This document shows, one piece after another, positions 36,275 through 49,120 of a stretch of DNA of 64,000 nt; within the stretch, counting starts at the first letter, position 1; each line of letters begins with the position of its first letter. Under the pieces are notes generated by a model. The model made no database searches. It saw only the letters and a program-made list of their open reading frames with translations, and was not told where the DNA came from. Made by a program: the position numbers and the translations under genes. The stretch comes from Squalus acanthias (Eukaryota): the NCBI GenBank assembly GCA_030390025.1, contig CM059429.1:132742001-132806000 (forward strand). Reading direction: 5' to 3'.

Positions 36275-37385
36275 TAGTAAAATTGAAGTCAATTGGGATC
36301 AGGGGGCAAACGCTCCACTGGCTGGAGTCATATCTAGCACAAAAGAAGATGGTTGTGATTGTTGAGACAAATTATCTCATCCCCAGGACATCGCTGCAGG
36401 AGTTCCTCGGGGCAGTGTCCTAGGCCCAACCATCTTCAGCTGCTTCATCAATGACTTTCCCTCCATCATAAGGTCAGAAGTGGGAATGTTCGCTGGTGAT
36501 TGCACAGTGTTCAGTTCCATTCACAATTCCTCAGATAATGAAGCAGTCCATGCCCGCATGCGGCAAGACCTGGACAACATGCAGGCTTGGGCTGATAAGT
36601 GGCAAGTAACATTTGTGCCACACAAGTGCCAGGCAATGACCATCACCAACGAGAGTCTAACCACCTCCCCTTGACATTTAATGGCATTACCATTGTCGAA
36701 TCCCCCACCATCAACATCCTGGAGGTCACCATTGACCAGAAACGTAATTGGACCAACCAATAAATACTGTGGCAACAAGAGCAGGTCAGAGCCTGGGTGT
36801 TATGTGGCACGTGACTCACCTCCTGACTCCCCAAAGCCTTTCCACCACCAACAAGGAACAAGTCAGGAGGAGTGTAATGGAATACTCTCTACATGCCTGG
36901 ATGAGTGCAGCTCCAACAACACTCAAGAAGCTTCACGCCATCCAGGACAAAGCAGCCCCTTTGATTGGTACCCATCCACCACCTTAAACATTCACTCTCT
37001 CCACCACCGGCACACCGTGACTGCAGTGTGTACCAGCTACAACATACACTGCAGCAACTCGCCAAGGCTTCTTCAACAGCACCTCCCAAACCCACAATCT
37101 CGACCACCTTGAAGAACAAGGGCAGCAGGCGCATGGAAACACCACCATGACCAAGTTCCCCTCCAAGTCACACACGATCCTGACTTGGAAATATATCACC
37201 ATTTCTTCATTGTCGTTGGGTCAAAATCCTGGAACGTCCCACCTAACAGCACTGTGGGAGTACCTTCACCACACGGACTGCATTGTTTCAAAAGGCAGCT
37301 CACCACCACCTTCTCAAGGGCAATTAGGGATGGACAATAAATGCTGGCCTTGCCAACAACACCCATATCCCTTGAATAAATAATG
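36275..37385 (+). mobile_element. CR1-group non-LTR retrotransposon, 5'-truncated (distinct from HER1 and L2)
   Basis: VKLKSIGIRGQTLHWLESYL, GMFAGDCT (FADD position), QDLDNMQAWADKWQVTF, VMEYS..AW..LHAIQDKA; tail CAATTAGGGATGGACAATAAATGCTGGCC. Confidence 0.9.
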
Positions 37386-38332
37386 TTTAAAAAAAATTAT
37401 GCTTGGTAGTTAACTAACTAACCTTAAATGAAATAGCTCACCATAGTTTTAGACTCTACAGAACCGAGTTCACCTGTAGCCTGCCTCTTACCTTATCTGA
37501 GACACCAAACACATAGCTCTCCATTAGTAAAATAAATGTGGCCATTAGATCCCTCCGTAAAAACAGTAAACAGTGTAAACAGCTATCCACTTTGTAACAG
37601 CATGGGACAAACTTTCTTTTCCAGATACTAAGAGGCCTGGTGTACCAGATTTCTAGTTATCTCTTGACTGGAGTTTGGTTTAAAGAGATTGAGGAAATAA
37701 TTTTCATGCATGCTGGAACCCTATTTAGTGCCTTGCCCAACCAACATTAAGGTTACTGGAACAATTTAATCCCAATATCCCCTCTTTATGCTTTTGATTG
37801 CCTTTTCCATTCTGTGATTATTTTAGCTGGATTTGTTCCGAGCAAGCACAGCAACACTGCTGGTTTTAAAAGTGTGCATGAAACCAAAGGCAATGAATTT
37901 GGGGAAGGAGAAGCAGGAATGGATGACATCACTGATGAATCAGAAAGTACCAACAAATAGGATTTAGTACTGGTACCTTCTGTTTATTTTTCCATCTTCA
38001 TAAGGTATTACATGCCAAAGGCTTGGGCAGAGAAGACATGGGTCACATCCATCAGACTTTATTGCAGTTGCATACAATTTGGAATAGTTACATCAAAAAT
38101 GTTGAGAACAGTTGATCCCGATGACAATCCGACAAAGAATTTTGTCAAAATTGATTATTGGCTGCTGCTTCTGAAAGCTTTAACTTTAGAAAAAAATAAA
38201 AATAGCTGAAAAACAGTGTCGTAAAGTTTTGCAGCAATAACATGCTGTAGCAAACTGTTTGCTGATGGAAAAACAGAACTGAATAGCAGTGAGGCTGTGT
38301 GGATATAAGTACAGCAGAGGAGGATGCAATAC

Positions 38333-41300
38333 CAACAACAACAACTTGTATTATTTAGCACCTTTAACATAGTAAAACGTCCCAAGGCGCTTCACAGGAG
38401 TATTAGAAGACAAAAAATTTGACACCGAGCCACATAAGGAGAAATTAGGGCAGATGACCAAAAGCTTGGTCAAAGAGGTAGGTTTTAAGGAGGAAAGGGA
38501 GGTAGAGAGGCGGAGAGGTTTAGGCAGGGAACTCCAGAGCTTAGGGGCTAGGCAACAGAAGGCACAGCCACTAATGGTTGAGTGATTATAATCAGGGATG
38601 CTCAAGAGGGTAGAATTAGAGGAGCGCAGATATCTCGGGGGGTTGTGGGGCTGGAGGAGATTCTTCTTCTTAGGCAGTCCCTCGGAACCGAGGCTGACTT
38701 GCTTCCACATTATAAATGAGTTCGCAGGTGACTGATGAGTCCAATGCGGGACCTGCCGTCTCTGTCACAGGTGGGGCAGACGGTGGTTGAAGGGGCGGGT
38801 GGGTGGGGTGCTTGGGTTGACGTGCGCTCCTTGCGCTGCCTGTGCTTGGCTTCCGCTTGCTCCCGATGAAGAGGCTCGAGGTGTTCGGCGCCTTCCCGGA
38901 TGCTTCTCCTCCACTTTGTGCGGTCTTGGGCCAGGGATTCCCAGGTGTCGGTGGGGATGTTACACTTTTTCCAAAGAGACTTTGACGGTGTCCTTGAAGC
39001 GTTTCCTCTGCCCACCTGGGGCTCTCTTGCCGTGCCGGAGCTCCAAGTAAAGCGCTTGTTTTGGGAGTCTCGTATCGGGCATGCGGACAATGTGACCCGT
39101 CCATCGGAGCTGATCGAGCATGGTCAAAACTTCGATGCTGGGGATGTTGGCCTGAGCAAGAACACTGACGTTGGTGCGCCTATCCTGCCAATGGATTTGC
39201 AGGATCTTGCAGAGGCAGCGTTGGTGGTACCTCTCCAGTGCTTTGAGGTGCCTGCTGTACATGGTCCATGTCTCTGAGGCATACAGCAGGGCGGGTATCA
39301 CTGCTGCTCTGTAGACCATGAGCTTAGTGCCGGGTTTGAGGTCCTGGTCTTCAAACACCCTCTTCCTCAGGCAACTGAAGGCTGCACTCGCACACTGAAG
39401 GCGGTGTTGGACTTCGTCATCAACGTCTGCCCTTGTTGACAGTAGGCTCCCGAGGTATGGAAAGTGGTCCACGTTGTCCAAGGCCTTGTCATGGATTTTG
39501 ATAATCGGGGGGCAGTACTGTGTGGCGGGGGCAGGTTGGTAGAGGACCTTTGTCTTACGGATGTTTAGTGTAAGGCCCATGCTCTCGTACGCTTCGGTGA
39601 AGGTGTTGACAATGGTTTGGAGTTCGACCTCCGAGTGAACGCAGACGCAAGCGTCGTCTGCATACTGTAATTCGACGACAGAGGATGGGACGACCTTGGA
39701 TCTGGACTGGAGGCGACGGAGGTTGAACAGTTTCCCGTTTGTTCTGTAAATTAGCTCCACTCCAGCGGGGAGCTTACGGAGAGTGAGATGGAGCATTGCA
39801 GCAAGGAAGATCGAGAAGAGCGTTGGTGCGATGACACAGCCTTGCTTGACCCCGGCTCGTATGTGAATTGGGTCCGTGGTGGAACCGTTGGTCAATGTGG
39901 AGGAGATTACAGAGATAGGGAGGGGCGAGGCCATGAAGGGATTGAAAACAAGGATGAGAATTTTAAAATCGAGGCGTTGCTTAACCGGGAGCCAATGTAG
40001 GTCAGCAAGCACAGAGATGTTGGGTGAACAGGACTTGGCGTGAGTTAGGACATGGGCAGCCGAGTTTTGGATGACCTCAAGTTTACGTAGGGTAGAACGT
40101 GGGAGGCCAGCCAGGAATAGTCAAGTCTAAAGGGAACAAAGGCATGGATGAGGGTTTCAGCAGCGGATTAGCTGAGGTAAGAGCAGAGACGGGTGATGTT
40201 ACAGAGGTGGAAATAGGCGGTCTTAGTTATGGCGCGGATGTGTGGTCGAAGCTCATTTCAGGGCCAATTATTACACCAAGGTTGTGAACAGTGTGGTTCA
40301 GACTCAGACAAATGTTGGGGAGGAGAGGGATGGAGTCAGTGGCTGGGGAACGGAGTTTGTGGCGGGGACCAAAACAATGGCTTCAGTCTTCCCAATATTT
40401 AATTGTAGCAAATTTCTGCTCATCCAGAACTGGATGTCGGACAAGCTGTCTGACAATTTAGAGACCGTGGAGAGGTCGAGAGACGTGGTGGTGAGGTAGA
40501 GCTGGGTGTCGTCAGTGTACATGTGGAAACTGATGCTGTGTTTTCGGATGATGTCGCCAAGGGGCAGCATGTAGATGAGAAATAGGATGGGGCCAAGGAT
40601 AGATCCTTGGGAGATACCAGAGGTAACGATGCGGGAGTGGGAAGAGAAGCTGTTGCAGGTGATTCTCTGGCTACGATTAGATAGATAAGAATGGAACCAG
40701 ACGACTGCATTCCCGTTTAGCTGGACGACGGTGGAGAGGCGTTGGAGAAGGATGGAGTGGTCAACCGAGTCAAAGGCAGCAGACAAGTCAAGAAGGACGA
40801 GGAGGGATAGTTTACCTTTGTCACAGTCACAAAGGATGTAATTTGTGACTTGGATGAGAGCAGTTTCGGTACTGTGGCAGGGCGAAAACCTGATTGGAGG
40901 GATTCAAACATGGAGTTGCGGGAAAGATGGGCACAGATTTGGGAGGCGACAGCACATTCAAGGACTTTGGAAAGGAAAGGGAGGTTGGAGATGGGGCAGT
41001 AGTTTGCAAGGACGGAGGGGTCAAGGGTTGGTTTTTTTTGTGGACAGGGGTGATGATGGCAGATTTGAGGGAGAGGGGGGACAGTACCTGAGGAGAGAGA
41101 ACCATTAACAATGTCAGCTAACATGGGAGCCAGAAAAGGAAGTTGGGTGGTCAGCAGTTTGGTGGGAATAGGGTCGAGGGAGCAGGAAGTGGGTTTGATG
41201 GACAAGATGAGCGCGGAGAGGTCATGAGGGGAGATCAGAGAGAAACTGGGGAAAGATGTGAGTTCAGGGCTAGGGCAGGCGGGAACCTTAGAGGAAGTTT

Positions 41301-41610
41301 GGCCCGGTGGGCTAGGGGAAGGAAGGGAAGTGGCAGCTGAACAGATGGTCTCAATCTTAGAGCCAAAGAAGTCCATGAGCTCCTCACACTTGTGTCGGAG
41401 GGGAGGGTGGAGGAGACAGGGGAGAGGGGTTTAAGAAGATGGTTAGCAGTGGAGAATAGAAGCCAAGGTTTATCTTTGCATTCCAAAATGATTCTGGAAT
41501 AGTGAGCAATTTTGGCAGACGAGAGCAGGACCCGATAATGCTTTATGTGGTCCAGCCAGATCTGACGGTGAATGGCTGAACCAGTTGTCCACCATATCCG
41601 TTCAAGTCTG
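38333..41610 (-). mobile_element. L2 LINE (about 2 kb of own sequence), interrupted by an RTE insertion
   Basis: ORF track: LDPIPTKLL, NYCPISNLPFLSKVLE, SAAFDSVDH, QGSILGPILF, MYTDDTQLY; (TTG)n tail at 38333-38344. Confidence 0.95.
38663..39897 (-). mobile_element. RTE-clade LINE, 5'-truncated, young
   Basis: Open frame GVKQGCVIAPTLF..LQYADD..FPYLGS..LLYASETW..RWTGHIVRM, one frameshift near 38965, C-terminal CPTC..HLRTH zinc finger, (AAG)n tail, 11-bp TSD TGGAGGAGATT (38652-38662, 39898-39908). Confidence 0.95.
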
Positions 41611-41805
41611 TGGAAAGAAGTCTGTGGTATGCAGATACTCACTCTGCTGCTCATTCATTTCAAAGCAGAAACAGCATACTGTTTGCAACCAATTTCAATC
41701 AAGATTTCAATTATGTTTATTTTTTTCTGCATGGATTGAGTAAAGACCCCAAAAAGCTTCTTACTTTCTTGCATTTTACCCTCTGCCAATGTTTTCCTCT
41801 CTTAT

Positions 41806-43518
41806 AAGAACATAAGAATTAGGAGCAGGAGTAGGTCATACGTCCCTTCAAGTCTGCTCCGCCATTCAATAAGATCATGGTTGATCTTCGACCGCAACTC
41901 CACTTTCCCGCCTGATCCCCATATCCCTTGATTCCTCAAGAGTCCAAAAATCTATCTATCTCAGCCTTGAATACACTCAACGACTCAGCATCCACAGCCC
42001 TTTGAGGCAGAGAATTCCAAAGATTCACAACCCTCTGAGTGAAGAAATTCCTCATCTCAGTCTTAAATGGCCGACCCCTTATCCTGAGACTATGCCCCCT
42101 AGTTCTAGACTCTTCAGCCAGAGGAAACAACCTTTCAGCATCTACCCTGTCAATCCCCCTCAGATTCTTATATGCTTCAATGAGATCACCTCTCATTCTT
42201 CTAAACTCCAGAGAGAGTATAGGCCCAATCTACTCAATCTGTCCTCATAGGACAACCCCCTCATCCCACGAATCAATCTACTGAACCTTTGTTGCACTGC
42301 CTCAAAGGCATGCAAGTCCTTTCTCAGATAAGGAGACCAAAACTGTGCACAGTACTCCAGGTGTGGACTCACCAAAGCCCTGTACAATTATAGCAAGACT
42401 TCCTTACTCTTGGACTCCAACCCCCTTGCAGTAAAAGCCAACATGCCATTTACCTTCCTAATTCCTTGCTGTACCTGCATGCTAACTTTCTGTGTTTCCT
42501 GTACGAGGACACCTAAATCTCTCTGAACACCAATATTTACAGTTTTTCACTATTTAAAAAATATTCTGTTTTTCTATTCTTCCTAACAAAGTGAATAAAC
42601 TCACATTTCACTCCATCTGCCACCTTATTGCCCACTCACGTAATCTGTCTATATCCCTTTGCAGGTTCTTTGTGTCTTCCTCACAGCTTACTTTCCTACC
42701 TAGCTTTGTATCGTCCGCAAACTTCGATACATTGCACTCGGTCCCTTCATCCAAGTCATTAATATAGATTGTAAATAGCGGAGGCCCAAGCACTGATCCT
42801 TGCGGCACCCCACTAGTTACAGCCTGCCAACCGGAAAATGACCCGTTTATCCCTACTCTCTATTTTCTGTCCATTAACCAATCCTCTATCTATGCTAATA
42901 TATTACCCCCAACCTCATGAGCCCATATCTTGCATCGCTACCTCTCTTTCCTCCTTTAAGACGCTTCTTAAAACCCAAGTCTTTGACCAAGCTTTTGGTC
43001 ACCTGCCCTAATTTCTCTTATGCGGCTCGGTGTCAAATTTTTTGTCTTTTAATACTCCTGTGAAGTGCCTTGGGATGTTTTACTATGTTAAAGGTGCTAT
43101 ATAAATACAAGTTGTTGTTGTAGCAACCTTTTATGTGGCACCTTATCAAATGCCTTTTGGAAATCCAAATATAAGACATCTACTGGTTCCCCTTTATCTA
43201 CCCCGCTAGCTACATCTGCAAAAAAACTCGAATAAATTTGTTAAACACTATTTCCCTTTCATAAAACCATGTTGACTCTGCCTAATCATATGATTTTTTA
43301 AAACCTCTTCCTTAATAATAGATTCCAGCATTTTCCCAATGACTGATGTCAAGTTAACTGGCTTGTAGTTCCTGGTTTTCTCTCTCCCTCCTTTCTTGAA
43401 TAGCATTCAATTACATTTGCTATCTTACAATCCACTGGGACCGTTCTAGAATCAGGGAATTTTGGAAGATCACAACCAATGCATCCACTGTCTCTGTAGC
43501 CACCTCTTTTAGAGCCCT
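41806..43518 (-). mobile_element. HER1-type CR1 LINE, 5'-truncated
   Basis: [52 protein letters not shown]; tail TTCTTATGTTCTTA on minus. Confidence 0.95.
42933..43120 (+). mobile_element. L2 3' tail inserted into the CR1
   Basis: GGCTCGGTGTCAAATTTT..ATAAATACAAGTTGTTGTTG; near-identical to the reverse of 38333-38510. Confidence 0.9.
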
Positions 43519-43519
43519 C

Positions 43520-43912
43520 TCTTCTCCTGTTGGAGTTGAATACACGCTGGGGTACAGTTCCACGGGCCCTCCAAGACATTGCCTAAGTGGCCATTGTTCA
43601 TGTGTGAGCCTTTATGGTCAGTACCAGCAGGCTATTCAATCACAGAAGGGGAAAAGAGCATCACAGCCAAAACCCAATCCTGTCCTTACCCAACGCCCAC
43701 ATTCATGCACTTCCAACTTATGCCACTGGATAGATACCATTGTAGGGACTCTGGCCGATTTACCTTCCATAACCTAGAAGTGCTGAGGTCAAATACAGTA
43801 CCCCTCCCTCTACCCCAGCTGAAACTAGTAAACACAGTACAAGCCAGATTTCAAATCTGGGACCTTCCTGGTCTGTATAGCCAGCTACTCATTGGGTAAA
43901 CTCATTGAGCAA
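43520..43912 (-). mobile_element. SINE family B, near full length
   Basis: GGGGTACAGTTCCACGGG..AAGTGGCCATT..CCACTGGATAG..GGGACCTTCCTGGTCTGTAT. Confidence 0.75.
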
Positions 43913-44173
43913 CTGAAAGAGTATGGCTTGTATTTTTAAAGGAATCAAATTTTCACCAATGTAAGCAATTATATCAACTTTATCCTATTTACTTCTTGGG
44001 TATATGTTGTAGTAAATGTGCCTTGAAACATTAAAATGGTTTGTATGAGCGTTGCAACAATTAATGCTGCATTATAAATTAACAGATAGATTGGATGGAG
44101 ACACTTCTGATGAAAGAGGTGCATCATGATTGGCACCATCGCAACTCTAGTATTACCGTAGAAGCAAGACCTA

Positions 44174-44902
44174 GGCCCGTATTTTCCGATCGCGGGTGGA
44201 GGCCTGCGATCTGGAAAAATCTGCGCCCTTACCTGAGGGCTCCCAGGACGCACACAGTTCCAATGCTGGGCCTCACCAAACTGCAGGTGCGCAGGGCCCA
44301 CGTATCCCAGGGGCGCATGTAGTTCGCAGCGTCCCTGGGATCACGTGGACCATGGGGAGCCAATCACAGAAGGGAATCTCCCTTCATACATTTGACAGGA
44401 AGACCTGTCAAATATATGAATGGAGATCAATGAAAAAACATAGTAAAACTTTAAATAAACTTTAAAAAAACATCACATTTTTAAATTTATTGTAATTTCA
44501 AGTCATAAGTATTTTAAACAAAAATTTAATTAAAAAAAATTAAGTATTTTACGGGGCTAAAAATAAACTTGCCTTTTTTAAAGTATTTTTAAATGATAAA
44601 TCAGTGGGAAAAAATATTTATTTATTTTTTTACTTTTTTTCAACTCTTATCCTGGCCTGCTTTTACCAGGCGTAAGAATTGTAAGGGTTTTCTGCGGGCG
44701 GAGGGTCCCCAAAAAGCGGAACTATCCGCCTGCAGAGGCCCTTCTCCAGGGCAGCTGGAGGATCTGTCAATAGGATTCTTGACAGATCGGAAATGCCGGT
44801 TTTCAGCGCATGCACTGTGCATGCCTGAAACCGGCATTTCTGATGTCCCTACGGGTAGGTACACAGCGCGTACACACCCGTAGGGATCGGAATATCCAGC
44901 CC
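44174..44902. mobile_element. Non-autonomous DNA transposon (PIF/Harbinger-like MITE)
   Basis: TIRs GGCCCGTATTTTCCGATC and (reverse complement) GGGCTGGATATTCCGATC, 14/18 match; flanks CTA/ATA; GC-rich arms around an AT-rich core; retains CpG within CpG-poor surroundings. Confidence 0.65.
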
Positions 44903-45067
44903 ATAAAGTTGTAGTCTTATGGTGGTCTTGTTAGGCACCCACTCTAATTTAACAGTATGGTTTTATGCAGTGTGAAACTTAATTAAGTTACCAAATAGTT
45001 TAGTTACAAAGCTTTACTATCTGATGAGAACACAAATAGTAATACATTAGTGTTTCTCAGTTCTCAG

Positions 45068-45530
45068 TGTCTGCTGTGGCTCAGTGGGTAGCACTTTCGC
45101 CTTGGAGTCAGAAGGTTGTGGGTCCCACTCCAGGGACTTGAGCACAAAAATCTAGGCTGACACTCCAGTGCAGGACTGAGGGAGTGCTGCACTGTCGGAG
45201 GTGCCGTCTTTCAGATGAGATGTTAAACCGAAGCCCTGTCTGCTCTCTCAGGTGGACGTAAAAGATCCCATGGCACTATTTCGAAGAAGAGCAGGGGAGT
45301 TATCCCCAGTGTCCTGGTCAATATTTATCCCTCAGTCAACATAACAAAAACAGATTATCTGGTCATTATCACATTGCTGTGTGTGGAAGCTTGCGGTGTG
45401 CAAATTGGCTGCCGCGTTTCCTATATTACAGTAGTGACTACACTTCAAAAAGTACTTAATTGGCTGCAAAGCATTTTGAGACATCCGGTGATAGTGAAAG
45501 GCGAAATATAAAGGCAAGTCTTTCTTTTCT
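45068..45530 (+). mobile_element. Deu-SINE (SacSINE1-like), full length
   Basis: tRNA-like head TGGCTCAGTGGGTAGCAC; Deu domain GGAGGTGCCGTCTTTCAGATGAGATGTTAAACCG..AAAAGATCCCATGGCACT; L2-like tail. Confidence 0.92.
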
Positions 45531-46547
45531 CTTTTATAACAAATATTTTCTTGATTGGCTAAGTATTTGGTGTTTTTTTCCAGCAATAATTAAAGAAACT
45601 TTTGGCTGCCTAAAATAAATATAATAATTTAATTCTGTTTTCATTCCCCTTTTACTGATACATTTTACGGAGATGGCCCAATTCACAATAAACTTGATTT
45701 TAAATCACCACAGCTAGCTATTGTGTGCATGTGAATGAGACAAGGCACCATAACTACACAGCCTGCTGCAGTAATTTGGCAAGTACTCATGAACTGGGCC
45801 AGCACGCTGTTGTCACGATGCTTATACTAGCAACATAATGAGGGTTAGCAGCACGAGAGTGAAGTGGCATTTAACAATGCGGTTTTGCTCATGCCAGCAG
45901 CATTGAAACTCTGCTCTTCAGAATTGGAGCATCACTGTGTACAAGCAAGTCCAAACTGTGTCTGTGCATGTAGAGTGATGCTCTTAAGTTACAGAAGAAA
46001 CCATAATGGCCTGTGCATGCAACCCACTTCACCTAGCCAAGCACTCAGCAATCTATTACTGGTGTAAGTCAACTAGCCCAATAGCAATCAGATTCACAAT
46101 CGAAGATTCCGGCTCATCTGCACGTCATAATGTTATCACATAATGATGGACATCGGTTGCTGGGCATTATGTCAGGCTTCAATTGTTATACTTGGGCCAA
46201 AACATCCACGCACAGTCAGATCCCCATTTTCCTGAATGGAGGTGATGTAGGGGCACTGTTTTCAAGAAGAATTGTTTACTGTATTATTGTTCAATTTATG
46301 CCAAAACCACTGTAAATTGTGCACTAAGTTGATTGTATTAGTAGTCCTGATGCCATAAAACCAACTGTGTGGATTTGGGTCAAAGTATCTATACTCCACC
46401 AGCACCTCAGGTGCAACAAAGACACAAGACTAAATGATAATTATAAAACACTTGGCAATTAGAATTTACTATACAGGATATAGTAATATGTCATATTATG
46501 CATTGCATATTTTTGCAGTAAAATAGAATTCTACTTTTCGATTTACT

Positions 46548-46682
46548 CTGTGCAAATTGGCTCCCGTGTTTGCATATAAAACAAGAGTGATATACTTCAA
46601 AAGTATCTCACTGGTTGTGAAGTGTTTTGGGACATCCAGACATGAAAAATGCTATATAAATGTAAGTTCTTGCTTTCTTTCA
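46548..46682 (+). mobile_element. Deu-SINE tail fragment
   Basis: TGTGCAAATTGGCT..ACTTCAAAAGTA..GCTATATAAATGTAAGTTC. Confidence 0.7.
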
Positions 46683-48037
46683 TGAATAGTAGAGTTTACT
46701 AAATGCATTTTGCTGCTATAGATTCTTGTCTGCAAATATTTACCTTCAGCAAAACTTGGCATCCATATTATTGGCTTTATTGGGAAATTGAAGAATGATT
46801 GACAGAATGTTATAGGGAACTACAATACTTTACCATGACATTTTAAAACCAAGCAGTACACTGGAAGGGTGGAGATAGTACAACACTCATCTCAGTTTAA
46901 CCCCCATATTCCTCTGGCAGGTTTTCCTCATTTCATTTCAACACCTCACTCTTTAGTATCCTTCCCACATCTCCTTCAGATCTTTCATTGTCTATCTCCA
47001 TTCAAAGCCCCTGGTTCCTTCTTTGTGGAATCCCCTCTTGCTTGTCCTCACCCCATCAATGCTCTGATTACTTCTCATTCTCAGTGACTTTAATCTGTAA
47101 CTAAATTCACTTTGCCCCATCTCCAGTTTGCTGGCCCTCCTCTGTCACCTCAACCCCATTATTCACAAACTCTCCCACCGACATGCATGGCCAACCCTCG
47201 ACCTTGCTATCTGTCAATACTTTGCCACCTCCAAGGTTACAATCACTGACAGGGTCATCTTAGATCAGTTCTTCGTCAATTTCATCATACACATCTCCTG
47301 GTCTGCTTCTAACACCTCCACTCTCCTTCTGCCCCTGTAAAAACTACCCCAAATCCCTCACCTTCCTTTTCCAACTCTTTCTACTGTGGCCTACCATCCA
47401 CACTGAATTTGGTGCTAAATAACTGCCGTACCTTCATAATTAACTTCCTCACCAGATCCTAGACAATCTCCCATCCCCACCACTCTCTGGATGTAACTGC
47501 CACCTCCATCCATGGACCTCATACTAGAGCACACATGGCAAACAACTAGCGTGGCTGTCCCCCTCCAGAACGGTCTTGACCAGTTCAAGCAACACCACTC
47601 CTCTCTCTTCGTGGCCAAATCCAAATCCTCCCATTACTCCAGAATCATCCTGGAAGGCAAGGACAACCCAAAACAACTTTTCATATCAAAATGCCTGCTC
47701 CAAGACCCCTCCCTAACACGCTCCACACTCGTCAATAAATCTAGGTATGAATGAATGGATTACTTTGTTTTCAAAATCAAGGCTATCCACTCAGCCACCC
47801 AATATTTCCTTCACAGCCCCATGTTCATGACATCTTCAATCTCTCCATTACTTCAGGCACTGATCTCATTCCTCTTAAAACCACCATCATGTCCCCCACT
47901 TCATAAAAAGCTACCCTTGGCCTCTCTATTCTCACAAGGTCATTAAATGCTTTGCACATCCAACTATGTGCTTATTCTTTTCAAGCCCAGCAGATCCCAA
48001 CCTAGTTTGTCAACTTCTCCTATTTTCACTTTGTTTT

Positions 48038-48350
48038 ACTCTCCCCATAGGTGCTGCCTGACCTGCTGAGTATTTCCAGCATTTTCTGTTTTTATGTCAT
48101 CTATTTATCTTCTGTTTTCTTTTAAGTATGTTGCAGGTCATTCTACTGATACTTTATCCTTTATTTTTCCCTTCCCTTTGTTCTAATTCAATAAAAAATC
48201 TTTTACTTTTTTCAGTTCTGATGAAAAGATGTGTGTTTGAAATGTTAACTTATCTGATCTCTCCACAGGTGCTGACTGGCCTGTGTATTTCCAACATTTT
48301 TGTGTTTTTTGTTTCAGATTTCCAGCAGTTACAATTTTTTTGCTTTTTAT
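48038..48350 (+). mobile_element. Two tandem PLE terminal-repeat ends, the second with a hammerhead core
   Basis: GGTGCTGCCTGACCTGCTGAGTATTTCCAGCATTTTCTG (about 48050-48090) recurs degenerately at about 48268-48345; core at 48214-48250. Confidence 0.7.
48214..48250 (+). ncRNA. Minimal type I hammerhead ribozyme motif (PLE-associated, degenerate)
   Basis: AGTT-CTGATGA-aaagatgtgtgttt-GAAA-TGTT-AACT: catalytic boxes and 4-bp stem I intact, stem II weak. Confidence 0.5.
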
Positions 48351-48704
48351 TCAATTAATCCAGAACTCTGTGACCCAAGTCCTCCTGCACACAGTCCCAC
48401 ACACCGATCACTCCCATTCTCACCAACCTCCCCTGTGCTCCAGTGAATCGCTTCAAGATTCTGGTCTTCATTTTCAAATCCCCCATGGCCTTACCCCATC
48501 CTATTTGGGTAATCCACTCCAACCATTCCTCTCCAGCCATTCCTCACCATCTGACTCTCAGTTCCTTTCATCTTTAAACTGTCGTGCCCCTGCCCTCTAG
48601 AAGTGTCCCAAAATCTCATTGCCTTCCCACTTTTCTCCCTGCCTTCAAAAGCCTCTATAAAACCTCTCTTCTTACCATACTTTTCTTTAACCCCAACTCT
48701 CTGA

Positions 48705-49120
48705 ATCACAGGTTCAAGTTCCCATCCAGGACTGGAGCAGTTAGTCTATGCTGACACTTCAGTACAGTACTTGGAGTGCGCCCTTGTCAAAGGGGTCGTT
48801 TTCTGGAAAAGACATCAAACTGAGGGAAGTCCTGTCTGCCCACTTCAGATGGAAATAAATGATCATGTTGGCACCATGTGAAGTAGCGCAGGGACGTTTC
48901 CTGGTGTCCTAACCAACATTCATCCCTCAGCCAAGATCAACAAACAAATTAATTGTTTATTTATCTTGTTTACTGTTTGTGGAGCCTTGATGTGTGACAA
49001 TTGGCCCACCTTTGCCTACAAAACAGCATTAACATCACTTCAAAAGTAAGTAATTGGCTGCAAAGAACTTTGGTAAGTCCGGAGGACGTAAAAAGGCACT
49101 TCATAAATACAATCTCTTTT
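48705..49120 (+). mobile_element. Deu-SINE, old degraded copy
   Basis: GGTTCAAGTTCCC..GCTGACACTTCAGTACAGTACT..GGTGTCCT..ACTTCAAAAGTAA; aligns to 45068-45530. Confidence 0.75.

Larger units (their letters stand above)
46990..48690 (+). mobile_element. Old, heavily deleted L2 LINE (endonuclease to 3' end), interrupted by PLE ends
   Basis: LILSDFN (GDFN motif) near 47075, PTLDL, HYSRIILEGKDNPKQLF, and decayed L2 3' sequence at 48355-48690. Confidence 0.7.

Noticed and set aside
38960-40012. 350-aa ORF as a host gene
   Set aside because: Chance fusion of L2 and a 5'-truncated RTE across a TSD.
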